From positions 237,834,001 to 237,898,000 of the forward strand of contig CM097885.1 of NCBI GenBank assembly GCA_044892525.1: 64,000 bases of DNA. Reading direction: 5' to 3'. The notes below the pieces were generated by a model. That model was given only the letters and a program-made list of their open reading frames with translations, ran no database searches and was not told the origin of the DNA. Position numbers and translations under genes: made by a program. Origin of the DNA: Schmidtea polychroa. Taxonomy: Eukaryota. This document shows positions 50,235 to 64,000 of this stretch, piece after piece (the stretch's first letter is position 1; every line of letters begins with the position of its first letter).

Positions 50235-51140
50235 GTTGGTATCTTGTTGTAAGTATTTGGTATCAGGTATCTGGTTGTTAGTTGGTTGTAGGTAATTAGT
50301 AGTTGGTTAATAATGCTTAGTAGCTGGTTGTTTTTGGTTGTTAGTACTTGGTACCTAGTTGGTTGTTTTTGGTTGTGAGTACTTGGTAGGTGGTTGATAA
50401 TGCTTAGTACCTGGTTGTTGTTGGTTGTATGTACTTGGTAGGTGGTAGTTAGTTGGTTGTTTTTGGTTGTGAGTACTTGGTAGGTGGTAGCTAGATGGTT
50501 GTAGGTTGTAGCTGGTTAATGGGTGGGTGGTTGTAGGTACTTGGTAACTGGTTGTTAGTATCTAGTTGTAGGTATCTGGTTGATGTTGGTTGTAGGTACT
50601 TAGTAGTTGGTTGTGGGTACTTAGTAGTTGGTAATTAATGCTTAGTACCTGGTTGTTGACGGTTGTGAGTGCTTGGTAGGTGGTACCTGGTTGTTAGCTG
50701 GTTGTTGTTGGTTGTTAGTACTTAGTAGTTGGTTGATAATGCTTAGTACCTGGTTGTTAGTTGATTGTTAGTATCTGGTATCTAGTTGGTTGTTTTTGGT
50801 TGTGAGTACTTGGTATCTAGTACCTAGTTGGTTAATAATGCTTAGTACCTGGTTGTTGACGGTTGTGAGTACTTGGTAGGTGGTACCTAGTTGTTAGCTG
50901 GTTGTTGTTGGTTGTTAGTACTTAGTAGTTGGTTGATAATGCTTAGTACCTGGTTGTTAGTTGATTGTTAGTATCTGGTACCTAGTTGGTTGCATGTTTT
51001 TGATTGTTAGTACTTGGTACCTAGTTGGTTGCATGTTTTTGGTTGTTGGTACTTGGTATCAGGTAACTGGTTGTAGGTATCTGGTTGTTAATACATGTTC
51101 GTAAGTTACTGGTTGTTGGTACTAAGTTGTTGGTTTGTTG
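50235..51140. repeat. GT-rich degenerate minisatellite
   Basis: Recurrent GGTTGT / GTACTT(A/G)GTA units. Confidence 0.85.
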
Positions 51141-51479
51141 TTGAATTATTATTAAAATTTGTCTTTGAAAAATATTTCATAAAAATTTTCATTAAAAATT
51201 ATCTTAAAAATTTCCATCTAAAATTATCATTGAAAAATATTTCTTAAAAATTTCCATTAAAAATTAACTTAAAAAATTATTCCATAAAAATTTCCATTAA
51301 AAATTACTTAAAAAATTATTTCATAAAAATTTTCATTAAAAAATTTCAATTCTCAAACACCTTCTATTATTTGTTAATAAATTTTAAAATCTTACTTTAA
51401 TTTACTTATTACATTACTTATTTAAAAATTATTACTTTAATTTACTTATTTAAAAATTATTACTTTAATTTACTTATTT

Positions 51480-52020
51480 AAATTTTTACCATTGATTACT
51501 TAATTTTAAAATTTGGACCATAATTTACTGTAATTTAATTTTTTTAGAACCATTGATTACTGTAATTGAAAAATTTGGACCATAATTTACTGTAATTTAA
51601 TTTTTTAGAACCATAATTTACTGTAATTTAAAATTTTGGACCTTAATTTACTTATTTAGACCATAATTTACTTTAATTTAATTTTTTAGGACCATAATTT
51701 ACTTTAATTGAAAAATTTGAACCATAATTTACTTTAATTGAAAATTTTGACCCATTATTTAATGTAATTCAATAATTTGGACCATTATTTACTTTGATTC
51801 AATTTTTAGACCCATAATTTACTGTAATTTAATTTTTTAGGACCATAATTTACAGTAATTTAATTTTTAGGACCATTATTTGCTTTAATTGAAAAATTTG
51901 GACCATTATTTACTGTAATTGAAAATTTTTGACCATTGTTTACTGTAATTGAAAATTTTGGACCATTATTTACTGTAATTTAATTTTTTAGAACCAATTT
52001 TTTACTTTAATTGAAAAAAT
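51480..52020. repeat. ~30 bp tandem repeat
   Basis: GACCATAATTTACTGTAATT(G/T)AA units. Confidence 0.9.
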
Positions 52021-52039
52021 TTACCACGTTTTTTAGTGT

Positions 52040-52500
52040 AGATCACCTTTTTCTCAGGACCAAGGAGACCTCCTCACTATAGTCTGATAAATCCTTGGCT
52101 TTTTTAGTGGTAGTCGGATTTTTGTATTGAAAAAATTTTATTTGTATTGAAAATCCCAGGACCATCGAGACCCCCTCACTATAGTCTGATAAATTCCTTG
52201 CTTTTTTAGTGGTAGTCGGAGTTTTGTATTGAAAATCCCAGGACCAAGGAGACCCCCTCACTATAGTCTGAAAAATTCCTTGCTTTTTTAGTGGTAGTCG
52301 GATTTTTGTATTGAAAATCCCAGGACCATCGAGACCCTCTCACTATAGTGTGAAAAATTTCATGCTTTTTTAGTGGTAGTCGGATTATTGTATTGAAAAA
52401 ATTTTTTTTGTATTGAAAATCCCAGGACCATCGTTTTTGTATTGAAAAAAATTTTTTGTATTGAAAATCCCAGGACCATCGAAACCCTCTCACTATAGTG
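52040..52500. repeat. ~80-100 bp tandem repeat, ~5 copies
   Basis: GAAAATCCCAGGACCA..CCTCACTATAGT..TTTTTAGTGGTAGTCGGA units. Confidence 0.9.
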
Positions 52501-53328
52501 TGGAACAATTGCGTAATAAAAAGTTGCCGCAAAAAAAAAGTTGCCGCAAGGGGGGGGGGGGGGGTTTGCGGCAGGGAGCCACTATCTACCTACTCAAATA
52601 TTTTATAAGATTAAAAAAATTTGAGAGGGAATTCTCCTTATATTAATATATCTAAATATCATTATCAAATTCTCAAAAAATATTTTATAAAATTTACAAA
52701 AAACATTTGCGAGGGAATTCCCTTTATATTATCATTAATATATCTAAATATCATTAACAAAATAAGCATCAAATAAAATATTTTATAAGATCTATAAAAA
52801 TATATACTTTGATTAAATTTTAGTATGTTAGTAAATTTTTTAGTAAAATTTTTATCTTTTGTAATTTTTTTAATTTTAGGCATTTTTTCATTCATATTCA
52901 TAGACATTTAATCTAAAAAAATATTTAAATTTTAATAATTAAAAAATTAAAAATCATATATTCTTTGGTATAGCTAAATTATGACAAAATGAAAAAACTA
53001 ATCATTTATATACTATTTATACTTCTTAATAATTACATAATAATTAAAGGATTATGTTTCTTATTTAGATGATTGTTGTCATTGAAGATAGTTTCATGTG
53101 TTATTTTAATCCTTAAAGATAGAGGATTATCATCATTGCATAATTCAATTAACAACAAATTATTTACTCTGATATTACGATATTCTTTCTTTAACATCAT
53201 TTTAAATACAAAAAACAATACATTTTTATTATAAAAATTTATTTCATTGACTTTAATCAAGCCAAACAATGTTGCCCACATGTTTTTGTTATTGGATTTT
53301 GATAGCGTATTCGATTGTATTCAATTGG

Positions 53329-53660
53329 TGTAGTGAGCCGTTACACGGCCTTAACAATATCTATATAAATATTATACCATATTATATTATATTATATATA
53401 AATGGGCGGTCTTTAGCGAATAAAATTCATGCAATCAGCTAATACTTCTACTTATCAATCAGGCTCTATAAATCAATCTCAGGCGAGTAAAGCAAATTCG
53501 ATGCCATGTTATTATTATCAAGAGTAACTGTATTCGGTCCCAAATAGTTTTAGTGTTGGCTCTCATAGACCAACATCCTCATCCATTACAATTCGCGAAA
53601 TATGTAACAAATCCTAACAATAATATGAACCCGAATATATCTTTTTATCAAACCACTACA
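53329..53660. mobile_element. Possible solo LTR or short TIR element
   Basis: TGTAGTG...CACTACA terminal inverted repeat; no clear TSD. Confidence 0.35.
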
Positions 53661-53918
53661 CAAATCAATTATGGATCCAAGAAATAACAGACAAATAATT
53701 TGATTGGGATATCTGAAAAAAATTGGAAGCTTGATAATTAATTGTTACTTTTTATGATTAGTAGTGAACAATTAAATACATTTTTTTTGCTTAATCAAGG
53801 AAAATCATGTTTGTTTTACTTTTGTAAGTAAATATTAGATTTTGAATATATTCTTTAAAAATTGTAATTTAAAAGTGAATTTTAAAAACAATTGAATTAT
53901 TAAATAACCCTTGTTAAA

Positions 53919-54170
53919 ATGAGCAATTCAATCAAGTTTTTGTTATCAATGGGTCAATTAAAGAATACCGTTCGAACTGGTTGGGTTAATTATGGGGTAA
54001 ATAATCCTGAAAGTGTATCTGATCACATGTACAGAATGGCTGTTATGTCATTTTTATTACCAACTTTAAATCATAATAATGAAATAAAATTTGATACAGA
54101 ATGTATTGTTGGTGTCATAACACCGAATTGTGGATATACCAAAGCTCAAAAATTACTACTGGAAACGGCA
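53919..54170 (+). pseudogene. HDDC2: HDDC2 (HD-domain 5'-deoxynucleotidase) fragment lacking the HD motif
   Basis: GQLKNTVRTGWV..PESVSDHMYRMAVM, then jumps to ECIVG.ITP with the LVHD segment missing; intronless and truncated. Confidence 0.75.
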
Positions 54171-54473
54171 AAGAAATCAGATTTGGTTACCTTAACCACC
54201 CATTGGATCAAATGCATATATTTTGTCTGGTTTCACGTATATTGCAAGCCAATGTTCACCATTCAGATTAGCAGATTTAGTATTTACAATAATTGCTTTG
54301 TTGACATCTAAATAAGGTATTTTGTCTAATGGGAAAACACCTAGGAATTCTTTTCCTAGTAATTTTCTTCCAATAATTTGTATCTGAATAGAACTAAATT
54401 AATAAAAAATTAAATTATTTAAATTATTTCTTATTTCATATTTGTTTAATTGATTTTCTATATTTGTTTTATA

Positions 54474-55672
54474 TTATACCAAAACAGTACGAGTAGATGT
54501 AATTTGAATTTCCTTTTCAAAAACTCCATATACAATTACAGAAACAGCTTCAGTAAGTGAAGATGCAAATTTAATATCAAATCGTAAATTTCCACTTTGT
54601 GGTAGCTGACTTTGATGAAGATCAAAATCGGGTGCCAATACAAATGTAAAGAATGGATACTTGTTCTTAAAATCAGACATGTTGATACCACAATTCATAT
54701 TTTTATTTAGATATCCCATATTTCTAACAATTGATTTCATATAACTTGTACTATAATCGTCTTTCTCAAAATCTTGACAATATTTTTCGCGATAATCACT
54801 TCCTTTACTTAAAGTTATCGACTTGACATTAAAGTGATCAAATATAGAAAATGTTTCTGAAAATGATCCACTAAATCTTTTACTAGATTGAAATGCAACA
54901 AGAATAAAATTAGGTAAACGTCGATCTCCAAATATTTGTTCTTTATAAAAAGAGGAAGAATCAATAGGCAATGAGAAATCAATAACTTCTTTGCTTCTTA
55001 AAGGATAAATTGCATTTTTTGTAGACAGACCGATTTGATGACCTGCCAAAACCGATGGTTCAACATGAACTCTTCTAACCATTAATTTTTGCAATTTAAC
55101 AATACAATTTTCGATTCAATTTTCGCACAAGTTAAACTAAGTGTTGGATTTGATCTTGTTAATTTAATTTGATCACTAACACCTGGTAGTAAATATTTAG
55201 GTTGGTCAAAGAAATCAAATTGAAGTGGGGAACATAAAGAAAAGGACTTTGATTTTTCAATCCATGTTTTTCTCGTAAGATCTTTGTTAGTATACACCAT
55301 TCCACCTAAAGATGTTCGTTTAGTATCTCCGTCATAATTTATAAGTGTTTCAATTAATGCTTTGTGAGCAAATCTATCATTTGATCCTTCAACTTTAATT
55401 GAATTAAAAATTAATTCAACATCTTTAAAAAGGGTTTGGAAGAAGAAATTATTTGGAATTACTTCTGATTCACCTAAATTATTAACAACTTTCAATTTAA
55501 TATATAACAAAGTATCATTCAAATCTAAATATTCAGTTTGCGATCCATTTATGTAAAATTGAATCGAAGAAGGACCAGCATCTGTAATTGAATTTCTTGG
55601 GTATATATCTTCAAATACTGCTTGGGGAGAAGGTCTATCGAAAAGACATAATTCTGATTTAGCGCTAATCAT
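54474..55672 (-). pseudogene. Polinton/adintovirus major capsid protein, frameshifted at ~55085
   Basis: KSELCLFD.P..Q..YLDLNDTLLYIKLKV..DFFDQPKYLLPGV..IKLTR; LP..ILVAF..F.HFN..G.LRFDIKFA..L...V.VIVYG. Confidence 0.8.
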
Positions 55673-56005
55673 TTTTCAAAGATGGTGCCATATCCTTTCA
55701 TTATTTTTATATGTTTCTTCATAATTTTTCGTCGTTTAAGTGTTCCGCCTTTTTGTTCTTTTTGTTCTTTATCATTTTTAAATACATCGGATACTTTATT
55801 AATTACGTCAGGTAAATGATGCATCACAGCAGGTAATGAATCTTTAATTTCAGAAATTGCTTTTGATCTTAAAGCAGGCAAGATATTCAAATTATTATTT
55901 ATTACGTCAGTAGCTGTTTTCATACCAAAATTTCCAATTCGTCTAAGAATTGGGAGTGCAAATCTACCTATTGTCGTCAAACAACCGGTTCCATATTGTT
56001 TACTA
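55669..56005 (-). pseudogene. Polinton small basic core-like ORF that typically precedes the capsid gene
   Basis: QYGTG..IGRFALPILRRIG..GMKTATDVI..QKGG plus basic tail, overlapping the MCP start. Confidence 0.55.
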
Positions 56006-56469
56006 TTATAGTTGGAGGCTTTAGGTTATTAATTTTGTGTTATATAATTATATTTTATTCCAGACTATAATGCGAACTATGTTAAGTGTGAGGAGAAATT
56101 TGTAGAGCCCGATAGAGTCACCGTTAAAAAATGTGGCGGGACAATTGGGGTGTGTGCTGTGTAAGGACTTTTTACTATAATAAATTCTGATATAATTACA
56201 GTACTAACGAGATAAAATCTTAACGATATAAAATTGTAGTAAAAATATTAAAGCAAATTAATCTACTTAACAAATTAACAATTATAACAATAACTTTATT
56301 TAATTGAAATTAAAAAAACCTTGAGGATGGAAATGACGTTTGTTACGGCGAACCAGTTCTTGCTAAATAATTTGCCAAGATTTCTTTGTTGCTTGAGGAT
56401 TAAACTGTGGATTGAACAAATATCACTTAATAAAACTTTCCCGGATAGATAAGGTAAGATAATGCACTT

Positions 56470-57330
56470 GAGATTTGTTGGAAGTCGGAATTAACAAAAC
56501 ATCAAAAATGTTAACAACACAAAAAGTAAATTTTCCAATGACTCAACCATTTGAAATGATACATATCGATATAGTAGGACCACTAGCCCCTAACAACGGT
56601 TATCAATACCTTCTTACCATAATCGATAGAAAACAAACTGGTTCGAAGCTGTCCCACTCAAAGAAATAACAGCAAAAACATGCAATTGGATAGCTCAATA
56701 AGGTCAACCAAAAACCATAGTCACTGACCAAGGAAGACAATTCGAATCACAGCTTTTCGAAATACTTTGTAAAAAATACAACATCAAAAGAAATAGAACA
56801 ACTGCCTACATATCCTCAGGCTAACGGGAAAATGGAAAGGTTGTTTAGAATAATTAAAGAAAGCATAAGAATAAAAGCGGAAGACAGAAATTGATTAGAA
56901 CAATTACCAACAATCCTACTGGGACTAAGAAACACTACAAATTCAATAGATATCGAAAGCCCCACATACAAAGTTTTTGGCGGAGGAACAAATCTACCTT
57001 CACTAAAAACAAATTGAGAAAACAGTAAAAAGTCAATAAAAAAAACAACAACCGAGATTAACAAACTCGATCCAAAAGAAAGACAAAAAACAAAACAAGC
57101 AGTAAAACAGTCTTAACCACGGACTATATGTTAGTAAAAAAACCATTTACAAAAGGTTTTGAAACAAAAGACGAAGGCTCATACAAACTACTAAATAAAA
57201 ACGTCGCCAAAATACTAAAAAATAACAAAGAAATGTTACCACTACCACCATACAGAACAATTCCACCACAATACAACATACAACAACAATCAAACAAAAC
57301 AAAGACTCATTCGATTCAACAAACATGAAT
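56470..57330 (+). pseudogene. Degenerate gypsy integrase, relative of the 47119 element
   Basis: IHIDIVGPL..YQYLLTIIDRK, TDQGRQFES, KKPFTKGFE; multiple stops. Confidence 0.85.
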
Positions 57331-58775
57331 CATCAAAAGCCCCCGATAAAAACACCCCGACTAAAATCAAACAAACAATTGTAAATTGTACAACATTTAT
57401 GTTAAAAAAAAGATTTTCTATGCTCGCTCATAAACGGAGTACTTTTTTTCACTCTGGGGCTTTGCTGACTAGTGCCAACTGGGCCAAATTCCTTAAATCT
57501 ACCAATGTACTGCAGAATATTTAACAAGATGAAAATGTGAAAAGAGCAAAAAGAATCATTATAAGATTTTTCTTTACCTTGTCAATTTTATATATACTGT
57601 AAAATCTGTAATTATCCCCCATCATCTATTAATTCCACACTGCTCTTTTTTGAAATAAGATGAAAATTTTAAATAATTCCTCCACTCTAAAAATTCTCCA
57701 TCCGTACGCAACTAATTAAAAACATTATTAGACATTTATTCATAAATTTTAGATTATATTCAGTATTAAACCGAGCCATCAATAAAGTTTTTAACTGATG
57801 TCACATTTCAGAATTTTCGATAAAATAAATTCATTTTATTGACAAATTTTGTTCTGACTATTTAATTTCATGGAAATTTATCTATTAATTTTTCATCAGT
57901 CATCCATTTTGCAATTCTTCATGCTAATCAAATAATGACCCTAAAAAATTCAATTTGTTTGTTTAAGTATATAACCTTTCGAATTAATTATCATTTCGAA
58001 TTAATTAATCAATTAACGATTTTCTGATTCAACACGTATTTATGTTTTCAAAAAATTTTTGTGTGTTTCCTAAAAAGCAGCCCATTTATGCCACGTAATT
58101 TCCCATTCTTGTTTCCATTCATAACCAATATTTTAGAAATAAATAATTAATCAGTTAATATTATTATTATTCATATTTCTGTGCCTTTCACACTCCTTCA
58201 TGAACCTTTCAGCAAACTCAGTGTTATGTTGTTCATCAAAATAGAAAGATGCGAGATTCACTTACATTTATGAAGCCCCCCCCCCTAACAATAGCTTATT
58301 GCTTGATTACTGAAAGCTCACACCTTCCTACTCACAAATATCGATTTAATCCCAGTAAATTTTAAAATTTACTAATTCCATCATTATTTCTTATATTTGC
58401 GTTTTTAATATCTTAAAACTATTTTGTTTTAATGACCCAAACGTAATATTAAATTGTAATATTTTAATTAGTTTTTTTAATTATATCACAAATATAATTT
58501 TAATATTATAAAAATAATGTACTTTAAGTGAAGCAAATTTCTAATTAAACATTTAAGATTTATTAGTTTTTTTTCTGACTTTTTTACTCAAGCAGCTCAT
58601 TCTAATATTGATTAATTTCTTTTTCAGTAAAAATCAATAAAGTCAATATCATATATTTGGTAGCACATAATAATTCCATAAAATTGACCAATAGCAAAAC
58701 GATTTCCCAACACAGAAGTTCTATAAATTTTTTGAATATTTTTCTTAAATAAATTTAAAGAATCAACATAATTTC

Positions 58776-58850
58776 ATGATTAGGGAATCATTCAGAAAAC
58801 TGATAAGTAAAGTAAATGATTATGGGACTGTCAATGAGGAGGGAACTGAA
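58776..58850 (+). CDS. Probable first coding exon of anoctamin gene
   Basis: ATG..MIRESFRKLISKVNDYGTVNEEGTE|GTAAGT; phase 0, compatible with the exon at 60559. Confidence 0.5.
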
Positions 58851-60558
58851 GTAAGTATTCAATATTTGTCTATGAGTATCTTCATTTATTTTAATGAAAT
58901 TTCATGAATCATTAATGAATATTAAACGATTATGAAAACTTATAAATATTTCAATAAATATTTCAATAAATATTTCAATAAATATTTCAATAAATATCAA
59001 AATAAATATCAAAATAAATATCAAAATAATAATGATAAATATTTGATAAATAAAACAAAAATCGACATTATATTTATTAAAACATTAAAAATGAAAAATA
59101 ATCACAGGTGGAAATCAAAAGAAGTTCTTATAAAACTCAATAAACCAAATAAATCCCATCAATAAATTTGTGTCAAATAGTAAAAAACATTAATTTATAG
59201 TCGAACTCGAAATAAAGATAAATGGAATTGTGAAAGAAAAAAAAATCTCTAAAGTTGGTGATTTCATCACAAATTTTTCTAAGTTGAAATATATTACTCA
59301 AATCTTTGTTATGCCTATTACGATGTAATTGTATTGGGATGTTTTATTTCTCTAACCCTATATTATGTTATGTTAATCCTTATAATTAATTTGTGACGCA
59401 TTATACCCTTTCTCTAAACTCTGACACAGATATGACGGGTATTTTCTTTACATATCACACATATCGTTATACACTAATTTGGAAAATTGGCTTATTAGTA
59501 TTTGAGATTTATTGTTTAAAATGAAAATATTTTGAAACTATCTTAAACTATTTAAATATTTTTCATATTCAATTTTTAAAAGTTCTGAATTCTTCAACAA
59601 CTCTAGGGATTTTATAGACTCTTTCGGCTTAAGTACACCAGGACTCTTTACATTTGATTTATGCACATTATGACGAATTATTTTCCGAGAGTATTCATTT
59701 AATTTTTGAGTCATAATGCACTTGCATCATTGTATTTTTTATATAAGATTAAAAATACTAATAACGTTGTATGACGATCATACTGTTGAAATGTATTTTG
59801 TATTATATTAAATATGGTTTTAGATTAACTTTAATATTAATTCATTTTTTATACAAGTTCATATGTAGTATTTTACCGAATTTACCTTTTGATATATTTC
59901 TCACCTTGTCTTTTATATTTTAGATTATCTTGACATGAGATTATATTTCGCGATTAATGGGCCCACAACTTTCTGTTCTGCTGTATTGAAAATATATTTC
60001 ATTTTCTTAAATTCAACGTTTAGATAAATTTTTTAAACAAAGATTGTTACGAGGACTAGTAGGCCAATTTGTTCATTATTAGAAGTCAAAGGTACATTAC
60101 TCTCCAAAATAAATGGAAATCTATCTTTTTCAAATTAAAAATCCTTCATTGCATGTCAAATCTATCCATCTTCGTTTCCTGTTTTATTTTATACATTTTG
60201 ATCGGGTTGGATATTTGATTTAATTATGCCAAATGAAGCCACTCTTTTTAAAAATGTTTTGTATCAAATTTTCTTTTGCCTCATTTAGATTTTCAATTGT
60301 AATTTTAATTAAATATATTTCCTTTTTATCTGATGATAATAGATCAATAAGTCAAATAAATCTAAATACAAAATTACTCAAAGTCTTTTTCAAATGTTAG
60401 CTAATTAATTACAACGTAAATAATTTAAAATAGTTTTGAAAAAAATTACTTAAATTAATAAATGCAAAAAATTAAAAAAAAACATTTTTTATTAAAACAC
60501 TTCAAAAATTATTTTAATTTTAAGAATAAAATTAATTTTAATATACATATTTCCTCAG

Positions 60559-63500
60559 GAAGAAGTTGCAGTACCTCAAATAACATATTCTGGTTATTAC
60601 TTTAATGATGGTAAAAGAAAAATAGGTTAAAAATATTAATTTAATGAAATAATATTTAGCTGTTATTTTACAGATTTCATTTTGGCATGGTCAGAGAAGG
60701 AAAAGGAACCTCATTCCAAAGCATTATATAGAAAAAAGTTCGAAAGTAATTTAAAAAAAGCCGGACTGGAATTGGAAGAAGTATTCAATAATTATTATTA
60801 ATTTACTACTATAACCCAGCCTTTTTATATTGAAATTTCATCTTAAGATAATTAATTAATTTTATGCCGTCACAAAATTTTTATATAAAACGTGGAAACG
60901 TATTATGAAAAAATCAATAACTAATAATTAAATAGTATTCATTTAAATAGCGTTACAATAAATATTTACATAGAAAATAATATTATAATGTTTCTCAACA
61001 TTTCATGCGTGTTGAAATATTATAATTTGTTGATATGATTACACTTTCATGATCAATATAATATGCAGTTATATATTGTAAATTATTGTATTTTTAATAT
61101 ATTTTTTTAAATTTTAATTAATTAGTAGATTTTTAAATAAAATATTTTAATTAAATAATTAATTTAACTACAATGGAATCCTGTTAAAATTGACATAATT
61201 TAAATAAATTTAGATATGACACTTCGAATCATTGGTTTTTTTCCCAAAATTTTAGAATATTAAATTAACAATAGCTCAGTTTGAAAGCTAATTTTATAGA
61301 ACCCGATTTGACACGACCATGCTTTTTCCGTGATAAAATTTATAAGATTTTATATATATTTTATTTGTGATTATCTAAAAATGTTTAATTTTTGATTTAG
61401 GATATTGATGAAACACTAACTGGGAAATTTCATTATGTAAAATTATATGTTCCTTGGGAAACAATGTGCCGCTTTGCTGAAAAGTTGGGACTTCGAGCTC
61501 CATTGCAAGTAAAAAATACATTTCTTTAAAATTTACTACTTCGAAATTTAGGCACATCCCAATCCACCAGACGATTGGTCAATGAAAGTTTTAAATTTCC
61601 TGCACATTCCTAACATAATGTACCTGGACGTTCCAAATAAGCCACCTGATTTCTACACTTGTGAATTCAAACAGAGCAAAATTAAAAGGTTTTTTATTTT
61701 ACTTTTTTCTTTTTAATCAATTTATTCAGTGATTTGTAACGCATTAACCTTGCCAACTGCAAGTTGCACCTGAGTTGCATTTATCTAAAAATCATCGAAA
61801 ATTTATGTCTGAATTTACGAATCATTTTCGGTTTTCTAAATTTCTGATTTTCCCAATAATATACAAAGTAGAAATTACAATACTACAACATAGACTTCGT
61901 CTGGCCACCATATTTATCGGTATGGATATGCAAGAAATTATTGTTCAACAACTGCGGTCACAATGTTCCAATTAACTAATGCATTTTTAAACATTTTAAT
62001 GATTTTTTTATTATTGATTATTTTATTATTTACTATTTTTGTTTAAATAAAATCATTTTTTTGAAGTGATATAAACAGATTTTTTATCACATTCCTATAA
62101 AATTCATTGTTTATTTTGTTTGTGAAATATTTGCTCACAATCTTAGAAAAGTTGGGCAAAACTTGATAGTTTTAAAATATATTTCAACTGTATGACACAG
62201 AATTAAATTTCCTACAAGATAATATAAAAAACTTTTCAAAATTTTCAGTTATGGAATTGTATATTAGTGTTTATATACGTGTCATATGGTATATTCCAGT
62301 CACAACCCAGTGAACCCGACATAACTAATAAACAAGTGACCGAAGGAATATGTCGGAATAACAATGTCTCCTGTGTGAAATAAATTTTCAAATTTAATAT
62401 TTATAAATTTTAAAGTAAATCACTGATCGATATTGTTATGCCTCTAACTTGCCAATTAATAAATAGATCAATTTAATAATTAAATTTAACATATATTATT
62501 AAATTAATTAAATAAAAATGATTGTTTAAATATTCAAAAAAAATAAGATTCATACTTTTTTCGAACATCGCCACCGTTAATTCTTATTAATATCTATTAA
62601 AAGAATGTCAAACATTCGAAAAGCTGAAACCTTTGCTTTCCATGCTGATATCTTTCAGTTGATGAGCTTGATCATTAACACTTTTTATTCAAACAAATAA
62701 ATCTTCTTTAGAAGATTGATTTTCAATGCTAGTGATGCCCTTGAGAAAGTTCGTTACAAGAGCTTGACGGACCCATTAGTCTTGGATAGCCAAAGGAGTT
62801 AATGATTAAAATTATTCCAGATAAAAATTCCAATACTTTGATATTGAACTGATCAACAACCCTGGTACAATCGCCAGATCAGGTATCAAAGCTTTCATGG
62901 AAGCCTTGACTGCTGGAGCAGATATTTCTATGATAAATAATAATCAAATATATTATACAAATTAGTTTTATGTTCCTACATATATCTGATAATAATTTAT
63001 AAAAGTTTAATTATTAAAATTAAAATATTGTGAAGTTGTAAGAAGTTTTAATTTCTTAAATATAATAATAAATTTTTCAGAAATCTCAATAAAATAAATC
63101 TCAATAATATATATTTATATAGGTAAAAAAAATATTTAAAAATAAAACTTTTTTTAACTTTAACACATCAAAACACGCTCTTTTCATATTTAAATTTCAA
63201 CTTTAGATAATTTGTTATTTTTATGTCCTAGCACTGTATAAATCGGAAAATGTAATTCCTTTCTAAATTCAAATTTTGACATTAAACATGTAACTTTTAT
63301 TAAAAAAATAATTAATAACAAATGGTTAATTAGTATTTTTTTAAACCTTCAAATAGCGTTACAGTTGTACATTGTTACATAGAAAATTAGGTATTCAGAT
63401 TAAAACATTATTTATGTACAGTTAAAATAATATTAATGCATTTATTAAAAATTCGTGACATAAATTCTATCATGGGAATTTTCAGGAATTGAGATAATCT

Positions 63501-64000
63501 GACAACAAAACTTCAGTATTTTTTATTTCTTTTCGAGAAAGTTTTGTCTTGGATGTTTGAGTTCGCTGAAATAGACACAAAAATAAAGGGAAAATCAATA
63601 AAAACATCAAATTCACAATAATAATTACAAGTACAAAAGTATTAATTAAAACTCAAAAAAATTAAAACTGAATATTTTCCGGGGGAAACTGGTATGGGCG
63701 TATGCCTAACAGTGAGACGTGTTCAAATATAATAAAAATAAAGTTAATGGGGTCTCTAAAAGGAAATAATTACAAAAAACTAAAATTATTTTAAAATTAA
63801 TTAGCTAATAGAAAACCTGATAAATGCGAGAAAACCCGAGTGATCAAAATTATTATTTAATTATTAGAGTCAAATTGAGGAATAAGGAAAACCCAAGAGA
63901 AAATATCATAATTAAAAATCTAACCTCTCAAAAAACAAATGTAACAATAATATTCATATAATTTCTTATTAGATTTCTCGGAAGTGACAATAAATTAACT
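60559..64000 (+). CDS. Anoctamin/TMEM16 (ANO7-like), 5' exons 60559-60625, 60674-60780, 61401-61508, 61552-61688, 63973->64000; continues beyond window
   Basis: Spliced translation [89 protein letters not shown]; all GT-AG with consistent phases. Confidence 0.92.
62605..62935 (+). pseudogene. HSP90: HSP90 N-terminal fragment in an anoctamin intron
   Basis: [61 protein letters not shown]; stop, frameshift and deletion. Confidence 0.9.

Larger units (their letters stand above)
50235..52593 (-). mobile_element. Probable Polinton terminal region ending at 52593
   Basis: Minus strand begins AGTAGGTAGATAGTGG then a C-tract and tandem arrays, same architecture as the 25783 terminus; lies upstream of pPolB in the same orientation. 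Confidence 0.55.

Noticed and set aside
52040..52500. CRISPR-like repeat array
   Set aside because: Whole units repeat with no unique spacers, no cas genes, eukaryotic context
58932..59165. 77 aa ORF with KYFN repeats
   Set aside because: 12 bp tandem repeat in a probable anoctamin intron

Overview
AT-rich eukaryotic (animal) genomic DNA with tiny 43-49 bp introns; a planarian flatworm is the most likely source (inference). Bases 1 to ~18.8 kb, possibly to ~21.6 kb, hold part of a decaying giant Ty3/gypsy LTR retroelement with a strongly A/purine-rich + strand. Its stops and frameshifts can be repaired into one polyprotein of more than 4,000 aa: UBL-UBL-MATH(TRAF)-UBL, Bcl-2-like, signal peptide plus chuvirus/gB-type (class III) fusion glycoprotein, protease, RT, RNase H, integrase, ankyrin repeats, and a Cys-repeat membrane protein. 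A cassette of accessory ORFs follows: a second TRAF/MATH, a BIR-BIR-RING IAP, coiled coils, and a TNF-receptor-like Cys-rich membrane protein. The element thus appears envelope-bearing and carries a coherent death-receptor/anti-apoptosis toolkit. It resembles the giant 'Burro'-type planarian elements from memory; this was not verified. The rest of the window holds a 4-exon EHD gene whose first intron contains a nested double palindrome (a Polinton-like 4.9 kb foldback inside a Tc1-like element), a Polinton pPolB fragmented by hAT and MULE insertions, a small gypsy element, a Polinton terminus, capsid gene fragments, HDDC2 and HSP90 pseudogene fragments, and the 5' exons of an anoctamin (ANO7-like) gene.
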